From Armatimonadota bacterium (lineage in GTDB: Bacteria; Armatimonadota; UBA5829; DTLH01), in NCBI GenBank assembly GCA_039680575.1, contig JBDKSP010000120.1, positions 1 through 22,155 of the forward strand: a stretch of 22,155 bases of DNA. Direction: 5' to 3'. Below, one piece after another: positions 8,565-16,614 of the stretch. The position numbers and the translations under genes are program-made. Under the pieces are notes generated by a model. The model was not told the DNA's origin. It searched no databases and saw nothing but the letters and a program-made list of their open reading frames with translations. Numbering within the stretch: the first letter of the stretch is position 1; every line of letters starts with the position of its first letter.

Positions 8565-9038
8565 ATGCCATGCAAAGATAAAAAATATAAGCGCTTTCGC
8601 TATAGCTTGATCGCTGTAGCATGGATGCTGGTGATCTTTCTGACATCCTGCACCAGGGTAACGCGAGGTGCGTTTGTCGGAACGATTGTGCGAAGTCACG
8701 TGGCTCATTCCGAGCGCTGGTTCGATGCTTTTTGGGAGAGATACTGGTTTATATTCGTAAAGGGCTATCACGTGATGGAGTTTGCCGTACTGATGGTGCT
8801 ATGCCATCGCGCTTTGCGTGAATATATCGACCATCGAAAGGCGGTGTGCCTGAGCTTATTATTCAGTATCGCGTATGCAGCATCGGATGAATGGCATCAG
8901 ACATTTACCCCTTATAGGGGCGGGCGCGCAACCGACGTAATTATAGATACTGCGGGAATATTATTTGCTGCGAGTGTGATTGCCTTTATTGCAAAAAGAA
9001 CTAAATCGCGAATAGAGAATATCACTGTCTGCCGGTGA
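8565..9038 (+). CDS. VanZ-family membrane protein
   Basis: Hydrophobic helices with KGYHVMEFAVL and YAASDEWHQTFTPYRGGRATDVIIDTAG, matching the VanZ-like K..H..EF / DE.HQ.F.P.R...D...D..G pattern. Confidence 0.85.
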   Translation: MPCKDKKYKRFRYSLIAVAWMLVIFLTSCTRVTRGAFVGTIVRSHVAHSERWFDAFWERYWFIFVKGYHVMEFAVLMVLCHRALREYIDHRKAVCLSLLFSIAYAASDEWHQTFTPYRGGRATDVIIDTAGILFAASVIAFIAKRTKSRIENITVCR

Positions 9039-9091
9039 GCGCAGACTGCCAAGATACTTAATAGTGTAAGAAAAACAAAGCGAGGAGCCGA

Positions 9092-9334
9092 ATGGCAAAG
9101 GTAAAAGTCTACGTAACGTTAAAACCGACCCTTCTGGATGCTCAGGGACGTGTGGTTATGACCGCGCTTGAAAACCTGGGGCATACGAATGTCGAGAACG
9201 TAAGGATCGGCAAGTATATCGAGGTCGAGGTCGCCGACAACGGCCGGAATATCAACGAGCAGATGGATGAAATCTGCCGTAACCTGCTTTCGAACCCGGT
9301 TATCGAGAACTACCGATATGAGGTGACGGAGTGA
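9092..9334 (+). CDS. purS: FGAM synthase subunit PurS
   Basis: [39 protein letters not shown]. Confidence 0.96.
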   Translation: MAKVKVYVTLKPTLLDAQGRVVMTALENLGHTNVENVRIGKYIEVEVADNGRNINEQMDEICRNLLSNPVIENYRYEVTE

Positions 9335-10020
9335 AATTCGGTGTAGTAGTCTTCCCAGGCTCGAACTGCGACCAGGATGCATACTACGCCGTCCGCGACG
9401 TCCTGAAGCAGCCTGTGGAGTATATATGGCATCAGGATAATGACCTGAAAGGCTCCGATTGTGTTATCCTGCCGGGCGGGTTCTCTTATGGAGACTACCT
9501 GAGGACCGGCGCCGTAGCACGGTTCTCCCCGGTTATGGAGGCTGTCCAGCAGCATGCAGCAAAGGGCGGCTACGTTATCGGGATATGCAACGGGTTCCAG
9601 ATCCTTTGCGAGGCACATCTTCTTCCCGGCGCGCTCGTAGCCAACACAGGACTCAAGTTTATATGCAAGTATGTCAATCTTCGCCCTGAAAACTTGAACA
9701 CTCCTTGGACACATAAATGCAATGAAGGCCAGGCGCTCCGTATCCCAATCGCCCATCAGGGCGGCAATTACACCTGCGACCCCGAGACACTTCAGCAGAT
9801 AGAAGACAATGGCCAGGTCATCCTCCGCTACTGCGACGAGCGCGGGGTCGTATCAGCTGAAGCGAATCCGAACGGCTCGTTGAACAACATCGCAGGCATA
9901 ATTAACGAAAAGGGCAACGTCGCCGGGATGATGCCTCATCCTGAAAGAGCGGTCGAGAAGATACTTGGAAGCGACGATGGTGTAGCAATTTTAAGATCTG
10001 TTATTGAGTGGGCTGGATAA
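9331..10020 (+). CDS. purQ: FGAM synthase glutaminase subunit PurQ (GTG start)
   Basis: [30 protein letters not shown] (catalytic Cys), GMMPHPER. Confidence 0.96.
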   Translation: MKFGVVVFPGSNCDQDAYYAVRDVLKQPVEYIWHQDNDLKGSDCVILPGGFSYGDYLRTGAVARFSPVMEAVQQHAAKGGYVIGICNGFQILCEAHLLPGALVANTGLKFICKYVNLRPENLNTPWTHKCNEGQALRIPIAHQGGNYTCDPETLQQIEDNGQVILRYCDERGVVSAEANPNGSLNNIAGIINEKGNVAGMMPHPERAVEKILGSDDGVAILRSVIEWAG

Positions 10021-12317
10021 TGATAAAAGAACCAGGAAGCAAAGTAGTCGATAAAAATACACTCCCCATTCCTACGGATGTTTACCGTGAGATGGGGTTA
10101 TCGGATGAGGAGTACAAAAAGGTAGTAGGAGTCCTCGGCAGGCATCCTACATATACCGAGGTCGGGATGTATGCCGTTATGTGGAGCGAACACTGCGGCT
10201 ATAAGTATTCCCGGCCGGTACTCAGACTGTTTAAGAAGTACAAAGAGGCGCTCGACGGCGAAGGGCTCGAAAATGCCGGTGTAATCGACATCGGTGATGG
10301 GCTCGGCATCGTTATGAAGATGGAAACGCACAACCATCCTTCCGCAGTAGAGCCGTTCCAGGGCGCAGCAACCGGGGTAGGGGGCATTTTAAGAGACATC
10401 TTCACGATGGGCGCCCGTCCGATTGCCTGCCTCAATTCCCTCAGATTCGGCTCGCTCGACGATCCTCACAACAAATACCTTTTTGAGAATGTCGTCGCCG
10501 GTATCGCCCACTACGGCAACTGCGTAGGGGTCCCGACCATCGGCGGCGAGGTAGTATTCGACGAGTGTTACTCCGGCAACTGCCTCGTAAACGCGATGTC
10601 GGCTGGAATCATCAAGACAGATGAGATTGCCTCGGCCTGTGCTAAGGGAGTCGGAAACGCTGTTTTGTATGTCGGCTCCAGGACCGGCTGTGACGGTATC
10701 CACGGAGCGACGTTCGCATCAGTCGAGCTTGGTCCCGATTCCGAGTCAAGAAGGCCGAATGTTCAGATAGGCGACCCATTTCAGGAGAAACTACTCATCG
10801 AAGCGACTCTTGAAGCGCTGAAGACCGGCTGTGTTGTCGGAATCCAGGACATGGGCGCTGCCGGTATCACATGCGGGTCTTGCGAAACAGCAGCGAAAGG
10901 CCGGTCAGGGATGGAGATAGACGTCCTCAAGGTCCCGCGCCGCCAGGAAGGGATGACCCCATACGAGGTTATGCTTTCCGAGTCGCAGGAGAGGATGCTC
11001 GCGATAGTAGAAAAGGGCAAAGAAGACGAAGTCGCTTCTGTCTTCAAGAAATGGGGGCTGAGCGCGGTAGTTATCGGCCATGTCATTGACAGCGACCTCG
11101 TCCGCGTCTTCGAAGGCGATCAGCTCGTGGCTGAAATCCCCGCAAAATCTCTTGCAGATGATGCACCGACCTACTATCTTGAGACCGAAGAGCCGGACTA
11201 TCTGGCAGAAGTCAGGGATTTTGATCTGTCGAAGATACCTGAGCCGAAGGATTACAACGAAGCGCTCGAAAAGTTGCTCGCGTCGCCTTCTATTGCAAGT
11301 AAAGAGTGGGTCTACAGGCAGTATGACCACATGGTCCAGACAAATACGGCTATTATGCCGGGGTCGGATGCCGCTGCGCTTCGGATAAGAGGCACGAAGA
11401 AGGCTATCGCTCTTGTCGCGGACTGTAATGGCCGTTATTGCTACCTCGATCCGTTCGTAGGTGCTCAGATAGCCGTTGCGGAAGCCGCGAGAAACCTCGC
11501 CTGTGTCGGCGCGAAGGCTTTAGGCGTTACGGACTGCGTGAGCTTCGGTAATCCAGAGAAGCCGCAGGTGTTCTGGCAGTTCAAGAGAGCGATTGAGGGT
11601 ATGTCGGAGGCCTGTGAGGCATTCGGAACCCCTGTCGTGAGCGGAAACGTCAGCTTCTACAACGAGACACCGGTAAGCGCGATCTACCCGACTCCTGTAG
11701 TCGGTATGCTTGGGTTGATCGAAGACACTGAAAAGCACTGCACGAGCGAATTTAAGCATGATGGAGATGTTATAGCGCTCCTTTCCGGCAAACGGGCCGC
11801 ATCGGATACCGATTCCGATTCAGCAGTATGCGCCGCGAACGATCTTGGCGGAACAGAGTATCTTAAAGTCATGCATAATGTCGTAGCAGGAACTCCGCCG
11901 GCGCTGGATATGGACGCGGAGAAACGGCTCCATGCAGCTCTTATAGAAGTGATTAAGGAAGGCTACATTTCATCCGCGCATGATTGTTCGGACGGAGGGC
12001 TTGCTTTAGCCGTTACAGAATCGGCGATTTACGGCAACCTGGGCGCTGAGATCAGTGTGACTTCCGATTGCGGCGCATCCGTCGCGCTCTTTGGAGAAGC
12101 GCAATCGCGGGTTGTCGTCTCGCTGCCGCCGGACATGCTGGGTGAGATGCGGGAGATAGTCGACAAACATAATGTAGCATGCACCATACTTGGAAAAGTC
12201 CACGGAGACAGGTTGAAGATAGCCGTGAATGGTGTGAATGTGATCGATAAGCCTGTCGAGAGGGTGGCAAAAATCTGGAAGAATGCGATTCCTGATAGAA
12301 TGGAAGGCCGGGTTTGA
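10020..12317 (+). CDS. purL: FGAM synthase subunit PurL (small type); start placed at the ATG overlapping the purQ stop (ORF track starts at 10008)
   Basis: WSEHCGYK, HNHPSAVEPFQGAATGVGGILRDI, DGIHGATFAS, QDMGAAG, SESQERML, VSGNVSFYN, HDCSDGGL; TAATG coupling with purQ. Confidence 0.95.
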   Translation: MIKEPGSKVVDKNTLPIPTDVYREMGLSDEEYKKVVGVLGRHPTYTEVGMYAVMWSEHCGYKYSRPVLRLFKKYKEALDGEGLENAGVIDIGDGLGIVMKMETHNHPSAVEPFQGAATGVGGILRDIFTMGARPIACLNSLRFGSLDDPHNKYLFENVVAGIAHYGNCVGVPTIGGEVVFDECYSGNCLVNAMSAGIIKTDEIASACAKGVGNAVLYVGSRTGCDGIHGATFASVELGPDSESRRPNVQIGDPFQEKLLIEATLEALKTGCVVGIQDMGAAGITCGSCETAAKGRSGMEIDVLKVPRRQEGMTPYEVMLSESQERMLAIVEKGKEDEVASVFKKWGLSAVVIGHVIDSDLVRVFEGDQLVAEIPAKSLADDAPTYYLETEEPDYLAEVRDFDLSKIPEPKDYNEALEKLLASPSIASKEWVYRQYDHMVQTNTAIMPGSDAAALRIRGTKKAIALVADCNGRYCYLDPFVGAQIAVAEAARNLACVGAKALGVTDCVSFGNPEKPQVFWQFKRAIEGMSEACEAFGTPVVSGNVSFYNETPVSAIYPTPVVGMLGLIEDTEKHCTSEFKHDGDVIALLSGKRAASDTDSDSAVCAANDLGGTEYLKVMHNVVAGTPPALDMDAEKRLHAALIEVIKEGYISSAHDCSDGGLALAVTESAIYGNLGAEISVTSDCGASVALFGEAQSRVVVSLPPDMLGEMREIVDKHNVACTILGKVHGDRLKIAVNGVNVIDKPVERVAKIWKNAIPDRMEGRV

Positions 12318-13765
12318 ACTTAGCAGTACCAGAGATCAAAGAAGAATGCGGCGTAGCCGGGATATTTGCGCCGGGGGAGGAAGCTGGTCGTTTAGCTTTC
12401 TTCAGCCTGTTTGCACTCCAGCACAGAGGGCAGGAGAGCGCTGGTATAGCTGTTGCTGATGGCTGCAAAATTACCGTCCATAAGGATATGGGGCTGGTCA
12501 CACAGGTCTTTACTGAAGATGTTCTGTCAAAGCTGAGCGGTGGGCTTGCCATAGGCCACACCAGGTATTCGACAACGGGATCAAGTGTCCTGAGAAACGT
12601 GCAGCCCATTGAATGCACCCGGAAAAACAATGAGTGCTTCGCACTTGCCCACAACGGCGACCTTATCAATGCCGCAGAAGTACGCGCAGAGATGGAAGCG
12701 GAAGGTGTCCAGTTCGATACGACGAACGACAGCGAAGTAATAGCTAAGATCATCGCCTCAAGCTCCGCTTCAACTATCGAAGATGCAATAACTGAGGCGA
12801 TGAAGCGAATCAAGGGCGCGTATGCTGTCGTAATCCTGACAAAAGATAAGCTGATCGCAATTCGTGACCCTTATGGCATCCGTCCTCTCTGCATAGGCAA
12901 GATTAATGGGGATCATCACATTGTCGCATCAGAAACCTGTGCCTTGAATGTCATCGGTGCGAGCTACGCACGTGCCGTTGAGCCAGGTGAGATGATTGTG
13001 ATCGATGAAAGCGGTGTAAAAGAGATCCAGGCTGTGCCAATGGAGCGGCATGCGCTCTGTATATTTGAGTTCATCTACTTTGCGAGACCGGACAGTATGA
13101 TGTACGGCAGGACGCTTCACGAGGCGAGGAGAAGGATGGGGCATGAGTTGGCAAGAGAGCATCCCGTCCCGAATGCGCACATCGTCTTTCCTATTCCTGA
13201 TACCGGGACACCGGCAGCTATCGGGTTCGCTGAAGCATCAAGAATCCCGTATGCAGAGGGAGTCATCAAAAACCGCTATATCCACCGGACTTTCATCCAG
13301 CCGAACCAGAGGATGCGCGACCTGGGTGTCAGGATGAAGCTGACACCGCTCAAGGAGAGCCTTGCCGGACGGAGGGTCGTTATGGTCGAAGACAGTATCG
13401 TGCGCGGCACAACGACCGGTCAGACCATTAAGATGATCCGGGATGCCGGAGCTGTAGAGGTCCATGTGCGAATAGCATCGCCGCCTTACAAATGGCCTTG
13501 TTTCTATGGTATTGACACAGCTTCTCAGAATGAACTGATCGCTGCGAAGTTATCGACTGAGGAGATTCGAGATTATATAGGAGCTGACAGCCTTGGTTAC
13601 TTGAGCCTGCAGGGGCTCACAAGGGCTATCGGTGTCAAGAAAGAGAATTTCTGCCGCGCATGCCTGGATGGAAAGTATCCGATACCGATTCCCGATGCCG
13701 CCAAGCTCCAGAAGTTTATCTTCGAGGACAAAAAGCCAAAAGATAAGGCTAAAAAAGATAGTTAG
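12314..13765 (+). CDS. purF: Amidophosphoribosyltransferase, Bacillus-type (propeptide plus Fe-S cysteines), TTG start
   Basis: Propeptide ...IKEE|CGV, LQHRGQESAG, GHTRYSTTG, AHNG, CIFEFIYFARPDS, VEDSIVRGTT, CFYGID, CRAC. Confidence 0.96.
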   Translation: MNLAVPEIKEECGVAGIFAPGEEAGRLAFFSLFALQHRGQESAGIAVADGCKITVHKDMGLVTQVFTEDVLSKLSGGLAIGHTRYSTTGSSVLRNVQPIECTRKNNECFALAHNGDLINAAEVRAEMEAEGVQFDTTNDSEVIAKIIASSSASTIEDAITEAMKRIKGAYAVVILTKDKLIAIRDPYGIRPLCIGKINGDHHIVASETCALNVIGASYARAVEPGEMIVIDESGVKEIQAVPMERHALCIFEFIYFARPDSMMYGRTLHEARRRMGHELAREHPVPNAHIVFPIPDTGTPAAIGFAEASRIPYAEGVIKNRYIHRTFIQPNQRMRDLGVRMKLTPLKESLAGRRVVMVEDSIVRGTTTGQTIKMIRDAGAVEVHVRIASPPYKWPCFYGIDTASQNELIAAKLSTEEIRDYIGADSLGYLSLQGLTRAIGVKKENFCRACLDGKYPIPIPDAAKLQKFIFEDKKPKDKAKKDS

Positions 13766-13785
13766 TTGTTTTTTTGCGTTGTGGA

Positions 13786-13827
13786 TCTCGTGCTCCGGGA
13801 CGAAATGCGGTCCCGAAGCATAGGGTA
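13786..13827. other. GC-rich hairpin downstream of purF
   Basis: TGCT..CGGGAC-GAAATGCG-GTCCCG..AGCA core (13791-13820), extendable with G-U pairs. Confidence 0.45.
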
Positions 13828-13847
13828 TGTCTTTGGACTACCACAAT

Positions 13848-13914
13848 GTCATGCTGAACTCGATTCAGCATCCAGGAAAAGAATGGACCCTGAACTAAGG
13901 AGTTTCAGTGTGAC
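13848..13914. repeat. GTCA...TGAC palindromic repeat element (two sub-hairpins)
   Basis: GTC-ATGCTGAA-CTCGA-TTCAGCAT ... CCCTGAA-CTAAGGAGT-TTCAGTG-TGAC; the first stem is a perfect 8 bp; termini GTCA/TGAC are inverted. Confidence 0.7.
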
Positions 13915-13996
13915 TCTTGCCGTTTAGGATGATGTCTTTGTTGTTCAAGGTGGCGTTTTAACGTTCAGGATGACGGTTTTTGATATTCAGAGTTAC
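13903..13996 (+). repeat. Degenerate direct-repeat array, 5 x 12-mer (consensus ~GTTCAGGRTGAC), 19-22 nt period
   Basis: TTTCAGTGTGAC (13903), GTTTAGGATGAT (13922), GTTCAAGGTGGC (13943), GTTCAGGATGAC (13963), ATTCAGAGTTAC (13985), with T-rich linkers. Confidence 0.6.
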
Positions 13997-14006
13997 ATCT
14001 TTCCCT

Positions 14007-14037
14007 GCTGACAGCTGAAAGCTGATAGCTGTCAGCT
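14007..14037 (+). repeat. Heptamer tandem repeat (GCTGANA) that is also a 10-bp inverted repeat, upstream of purM
   Basis: GCTGACA GCTGAAA GCTGATA GCTGTCA GCT; GCTGACAGCT (14007-14016) and AGCTGTCAGC (14027-14036) are perfectly inverted. Confidence 0.8.
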
Positions 14038-14068
14038 ATAAATAAAACCCTCGACTGGGGAGGTTATA

Positions 14069-15100
14069 TTGAACGAAGAGATTACCTACCGCGATGCGGG
14101 AGTAGACATAGATGCCGGTATAGATGCCGTGCAGCGGATGAAAGAAAGCGTAAGGGCGACATATACAGACTCTGTACTGACGGATGTCGGCTCGTTCGGC
14201 GGGATGTTCAAGCTCGGCGATGACATGATGGAGCCTGTGCTGGTCTCCAGTATCGACGGCGTCGGCACAAAGGTCAAAATCGCGGTTGCGATGGGTAAGC
14301 ACAATACCATTGGAAAAGACCTTGTAAACCACAGCGTGAACGATATTCTCGTCCAGGGCGCAAAACCGCTCTTCTTCCTCGATTACTATGCGACAAGTCC
14401 TCTCGACCCTGTGGTAGCCTCTGATGTCGTCAGAGGCGCAGCTGAAGCTTGCAAAGAAATTGGCTGTGTGCTGATCGGCGGCGAGACTGCTGAGATGCCG
14501 GGTGTTTATATCGAAGGCGAATATGACCTTGCCGGGTGCATAGTTGGAGCTGTCGATAGGGCAAAGATCATAGATGGTTCCAAGGTTATGGCCGGGGATA
14601 TCGTTGTCGGGCTTGCATCGAGCGGACTGCATACGAACGGTTATTCACTCGCCAGGAAGGTGTTACTGGATCACGGTGGACTAAAACTCGATCAGTATAT
14701 CCCTGAGATAGGAAAAGTCCTGGGTGATGAACTCCTGGAGACCCACCGGTGCTATTTCCGGGCGGTCTGGGAGATCATGAAGGAATACGATGTGCATGCG
14801 ATGGCGCACATAACGGGCGGCGGGTTCTATGACAATCTGCCGAGAGTAATTCCTGAGGACTGTCAGATCACACTGGAGCGCCGCAGTTGGCCTGCGCCGC
14901 CTGTTTTCAAGCTCATACAGGATACCGGCGGAATCGCGGATTATGAGATGTACCGCACGTTCAATATGGGGATCGGATTAGTCATGATCGTAGCGAAACA
15001 CAGAGCTGTAGAGATCGTAGAGCAGCTTGAGAAGCTCGGTGAGCGCGCATGGATCATTGGCGAAGTCCGAAAAGGCGGGAGAGAGGTAGCTGTCCTGTGA
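14069..15100 (+). CDS. purM: Phosphoribosylformylglycinamidine cyclo-ligase (AIR synthase), TTG start
   Basis: TYRDAGVDIDAG, DGVGTK, LIGGETAEMPG, SSGLHTNGYSL, AHITGGG, TFNMGIG; GGAGG RBS. Confidence 0.96.
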   Translation: MNEEITYRDAGVDIDAGIDAVQRMKESVRATYTDSVLTDVGSFGGMFKLGDDMMEPVLVSSIDGVGTKVKIAVAMGKHNTIGKDLVNHSVNDILVQGAKPLFFLDYYATSPLDPVVASDVVRGAAEACKEIGCVLIGGETAEMPGVYIEGEYDLAGCIVGAVDRAKIIDGSKVMAGDIVVGLASSGLHTNGYSLARKVLLDHGGLKLDQYIPEIGKVLGDELLETHRCYFRAVWEIMKEYDVHAMAHITGGGFYDNLPRVIPEDCQITLERRSWPAPPVFKLIQDTGGIADYEMYRTFNMGIGLVMIVAKHRAVEIVEQLEKLGERAWIIGEVRKGGREVAVL

Positions 15101-15735
15101 ATCCGGTAAGGATAGCGGTGCTGGTATCCGGCCACGGGCGCGGAACGAACATGCAGTCGATTATAGATGCCTGCAAGGACGGCAGAGTAACCGGTGAGGT
15201 GGCTGTTGTCATAGGTGTTAACGCTGACGCTCCCGTAATGGAGCGTGCTGCCGTGTCAGGCGCCGAAACAGTGGTTGTGAACCCAAAAGAATTCCCTTCA
15301 GCGGGGGATTACGACCGTGCGCTGCTCGACGTGCTTCAGTCGCGCCGGATCGATCTCATTTGTCTGGCGGGTTATATGAGAAAAATCGGCCAGTCCGTAA
15401 TAGATGCTTACCGAAACCGGATTATGAATATCCATCCCGCGCTTATCCCGATGTTTTTCGGCAAAGGGATGTACGGAAGCCATGTTCATGAGGCAGCGAT
15501 AGAGCGGGGAGTGAAATACTCTGGTTGTACCGTGCATTTTGTAGACGAGGATTACGATACAGGCCCGATAATTGTCCAGACAGTTGTGCCGGTTCTTGAC
15601 GGTGATACGCCTGAATCGCTTGCGGCTCGGATATTGATAGAGGAACACAAGACTTATGCTGCAGCCATACAGCTTTTTGCCGAAGGCAAGTTGAAAGTGG
15701 TTGGTCGAAGGGTTTTTGTATGGGACAGGGACTAG
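15097..15735 (+). CDS. purN: Phosphoribosylglycinamide formyltransferase; start placed at the GTG overlapping the purM stop (ORF track starts at 15049)
   Basis: IAVLVSGHGRGTN, LAGYMR, NIHPALIP, GCTVHFVDEDYDTGPII, EEH; GTGA overlap with a GAGAGG RBS. Confidence 0.95.
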   Translation: MNPVRIAVLVSGHGRGTNMQSIIDACKDGRVTGEVAVVIGVNADAPVMERAAVSGAETVVVNPKEFPSAGDYDRALLDVLQSRRIDLICLAGYMRKIGQSVIDAYRNRIMNIHPALIPMFFGKGMYGSHVHEAAIERGVKYSGCTVHFVDEDYDTGPIIVQTVVPVLDGDTPESLAARILIEEHKTYAAAIQLFAEGKLKVVGRRVFVWDRD

Positions 15736-16373
15736 AATATCAGTCTTTGAAGAACGGCTGCCCGTCTGGGCGGCTGTTCTATATCTCTATCGAGTGCCGT
15801 ACGGAGTATTTGAACGATTTTGGGATCGAACTGTGTGCCGGAGCATCGCTCTATCTCGTCTAGCGCTTTTTCTTTCGTCAGAGCATCTCTCCAGGGAACA
15901 TCGATCGTAAGTATGTCGAAAGCCTCCGCAACAGCGATGATCCTTGCGCCAAGCGGTATTTCCTCTCCTGCAAGTCCATCTGGATAGCCTTCTCCATTGT
16001 AATGCTCGTGGTGGTGTTTGATCATAGGGATTGCGCCGCTGAGACCTTCGACTTTACTCAGGATTCTGACAGCTACCATCGAATGCCGCCGCATTATATC
16101 GAATTCCTCATCCGTAAGCCGGCCAAATTTGTTTAATATTCTGCTTGATACTGCAATTTTTCCGATGTCGTGGAGGCTTGCCGCATAATCGATATCTCTG
16201 GCATCCTCGGCGGATATATTACCAAGCGCGGATACGATTGCAGATGAGTAATGCCTGACCCGCTCGCTGTGACCTTCCGCGATTGAGTCTCGCTCGCCTG
16301 CTGCCGCGACGAGCGCATCGATCGTCTGGCGATAGAATTTATCCATTCCGTTGAATTCGGTGCCGCTGTTCAT
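15732..16373 (-). CDS. Stand-alone HD-GYP domain protein (c-di-GMP phosphodiesterase family, variant motifs); likely start ATG 16373 (ORF track extends to GTG 16415)
   Basis: GHSERV, LHDIGK, HHHEHYNGEGYPDGLAGEEIPLGARIIAVAEAFD, SGTQFDP; AAGGA about 12 nt before ATG 16373. Confidence 0.9.
   Translation of the reverse strand: MNSGTEFNGMDKFYRQTIDALVAAAGERDSIAEGHSERVRHYSSAIVSALGNISAEDARDIDYAASLHDIGKIAVSSRILNKFGRLTDEEFDIMRRHSMVAVRILSKVEGLSGAIPMIKHHHEHYNGEGYPDGLAGEEIPLGARIIAVAEAFDILTIDVPWRDALTKEKALDEIERCSGTQFDPKIVQILRTALDRDIEQPPRRAAVLQRLIF
15751..15780 (+). terminator. Possible terminator or stabilising hairpin at the 3' end of the pur transcript, embedded in the HD-GYP coding tail
   Basis: AGAACGGCTGCCC-GTCT-GGGCGGCTGTTCT, a 13-bp stem with 2 G-U pairs on the + strand, starting 15 nt after the purN stop; no clear U-tract. 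Confidence 0.4.
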
Positions 16374-16416
16374 CGTTGACCGGTTTCCTTTGCTTTTAGT
16401 GAATAAGTTACTCACA

Positions 16417-16444
16417 TATTCGGCTGAAAACCGTCCTCTCGTTA
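16417..16444 (-). promoter_or_regulatory. Candidate sigma28 (FliA/SigD)-type promoter for the HD-GYP gene
   Basis: Minus strand reads TAAC-N16-GCCGAATA, close to TAAA-N15/16-GCCGATAA, about 43 nt upstream of ATG 16373. Confidence 0.45.
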
Positions 16445-16481
16445 GATATTGAATTAAGCGATTTGCCAGTCTTTTTTTTAG

Positions 16482-16506
16482 GAGTTTCAGTCATCACATG
16501 AAACTC
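16482..16506. promoter_or_regulatory. Inverted repeat GAGTTTCA-N9-TGAAACTC (putative operator) in the divergent promoter region
   Basis: Perfect 8-bp arms; the same word recurs at 16624, 20041, 20054, 21809, 21893 and 13900. Confidence 0.55.
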
Positions 16507-16521
16507 TTACGATGTTTTTAT

Positions 16522-16550
16522 TTCAAACTAAGCAATAAAACAGGTATAAT
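16522..16550 (+). promoter_or_regulatory. Candidate upstream sigma70 promoter for the EPS export operon
   Basis: TTCAAA (16522-16527), 17-nt spacer, TATAAT (16545-16550). Confidence 0.4.
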
Positions 16551-16584
16551 TACTTGGGAATGGTAACGCGCGGTTCGATTGACA

Positions 16585-16614
16585 TTGACACTGGACAACG
16601 TGCCGTGATACCAT
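16585..16614 (+). promoter_or_regulatory. Candidate sigma70 promoter for the EPS export operon
   Basis: TTGACA (16585-16590, tandemly duplicated at 16579-16584), 18-nt spacer, TACCAT (16609-16614) with an extended -10 TG at 16606-16607. Confidence 0.55.

Noticed and set aside
13747..13775. Intrinsic terminator at the purF stop (GGCTAA...TTAGTT plus T-run)
   Set aside because: The stem is weak and AT/GU-rich and overlaps coding sequence; it cannot be supported without Term-seq.
13903..13996. CRISPR array
   Set aside because: Repeats are only about 12 nt and degenerate, linkers are 7-10 nt, and there are no cas genes in the window.
13766..14068. Purine, ZTP or PRPP riboswitch in the purF-purM gap
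   Set aside because: No recognisable conserved cores; the gap is accounted for by palindromic and tandem repeats. An Rfam scan would settle it.
5467..14632. Long antisense ORFs (e.g. 5648-6577, 7593-8321, 12052-12813, 14036-14632)
   Set aside because: They are shadows of well-conserved pur genes, with no recognisable motifs.
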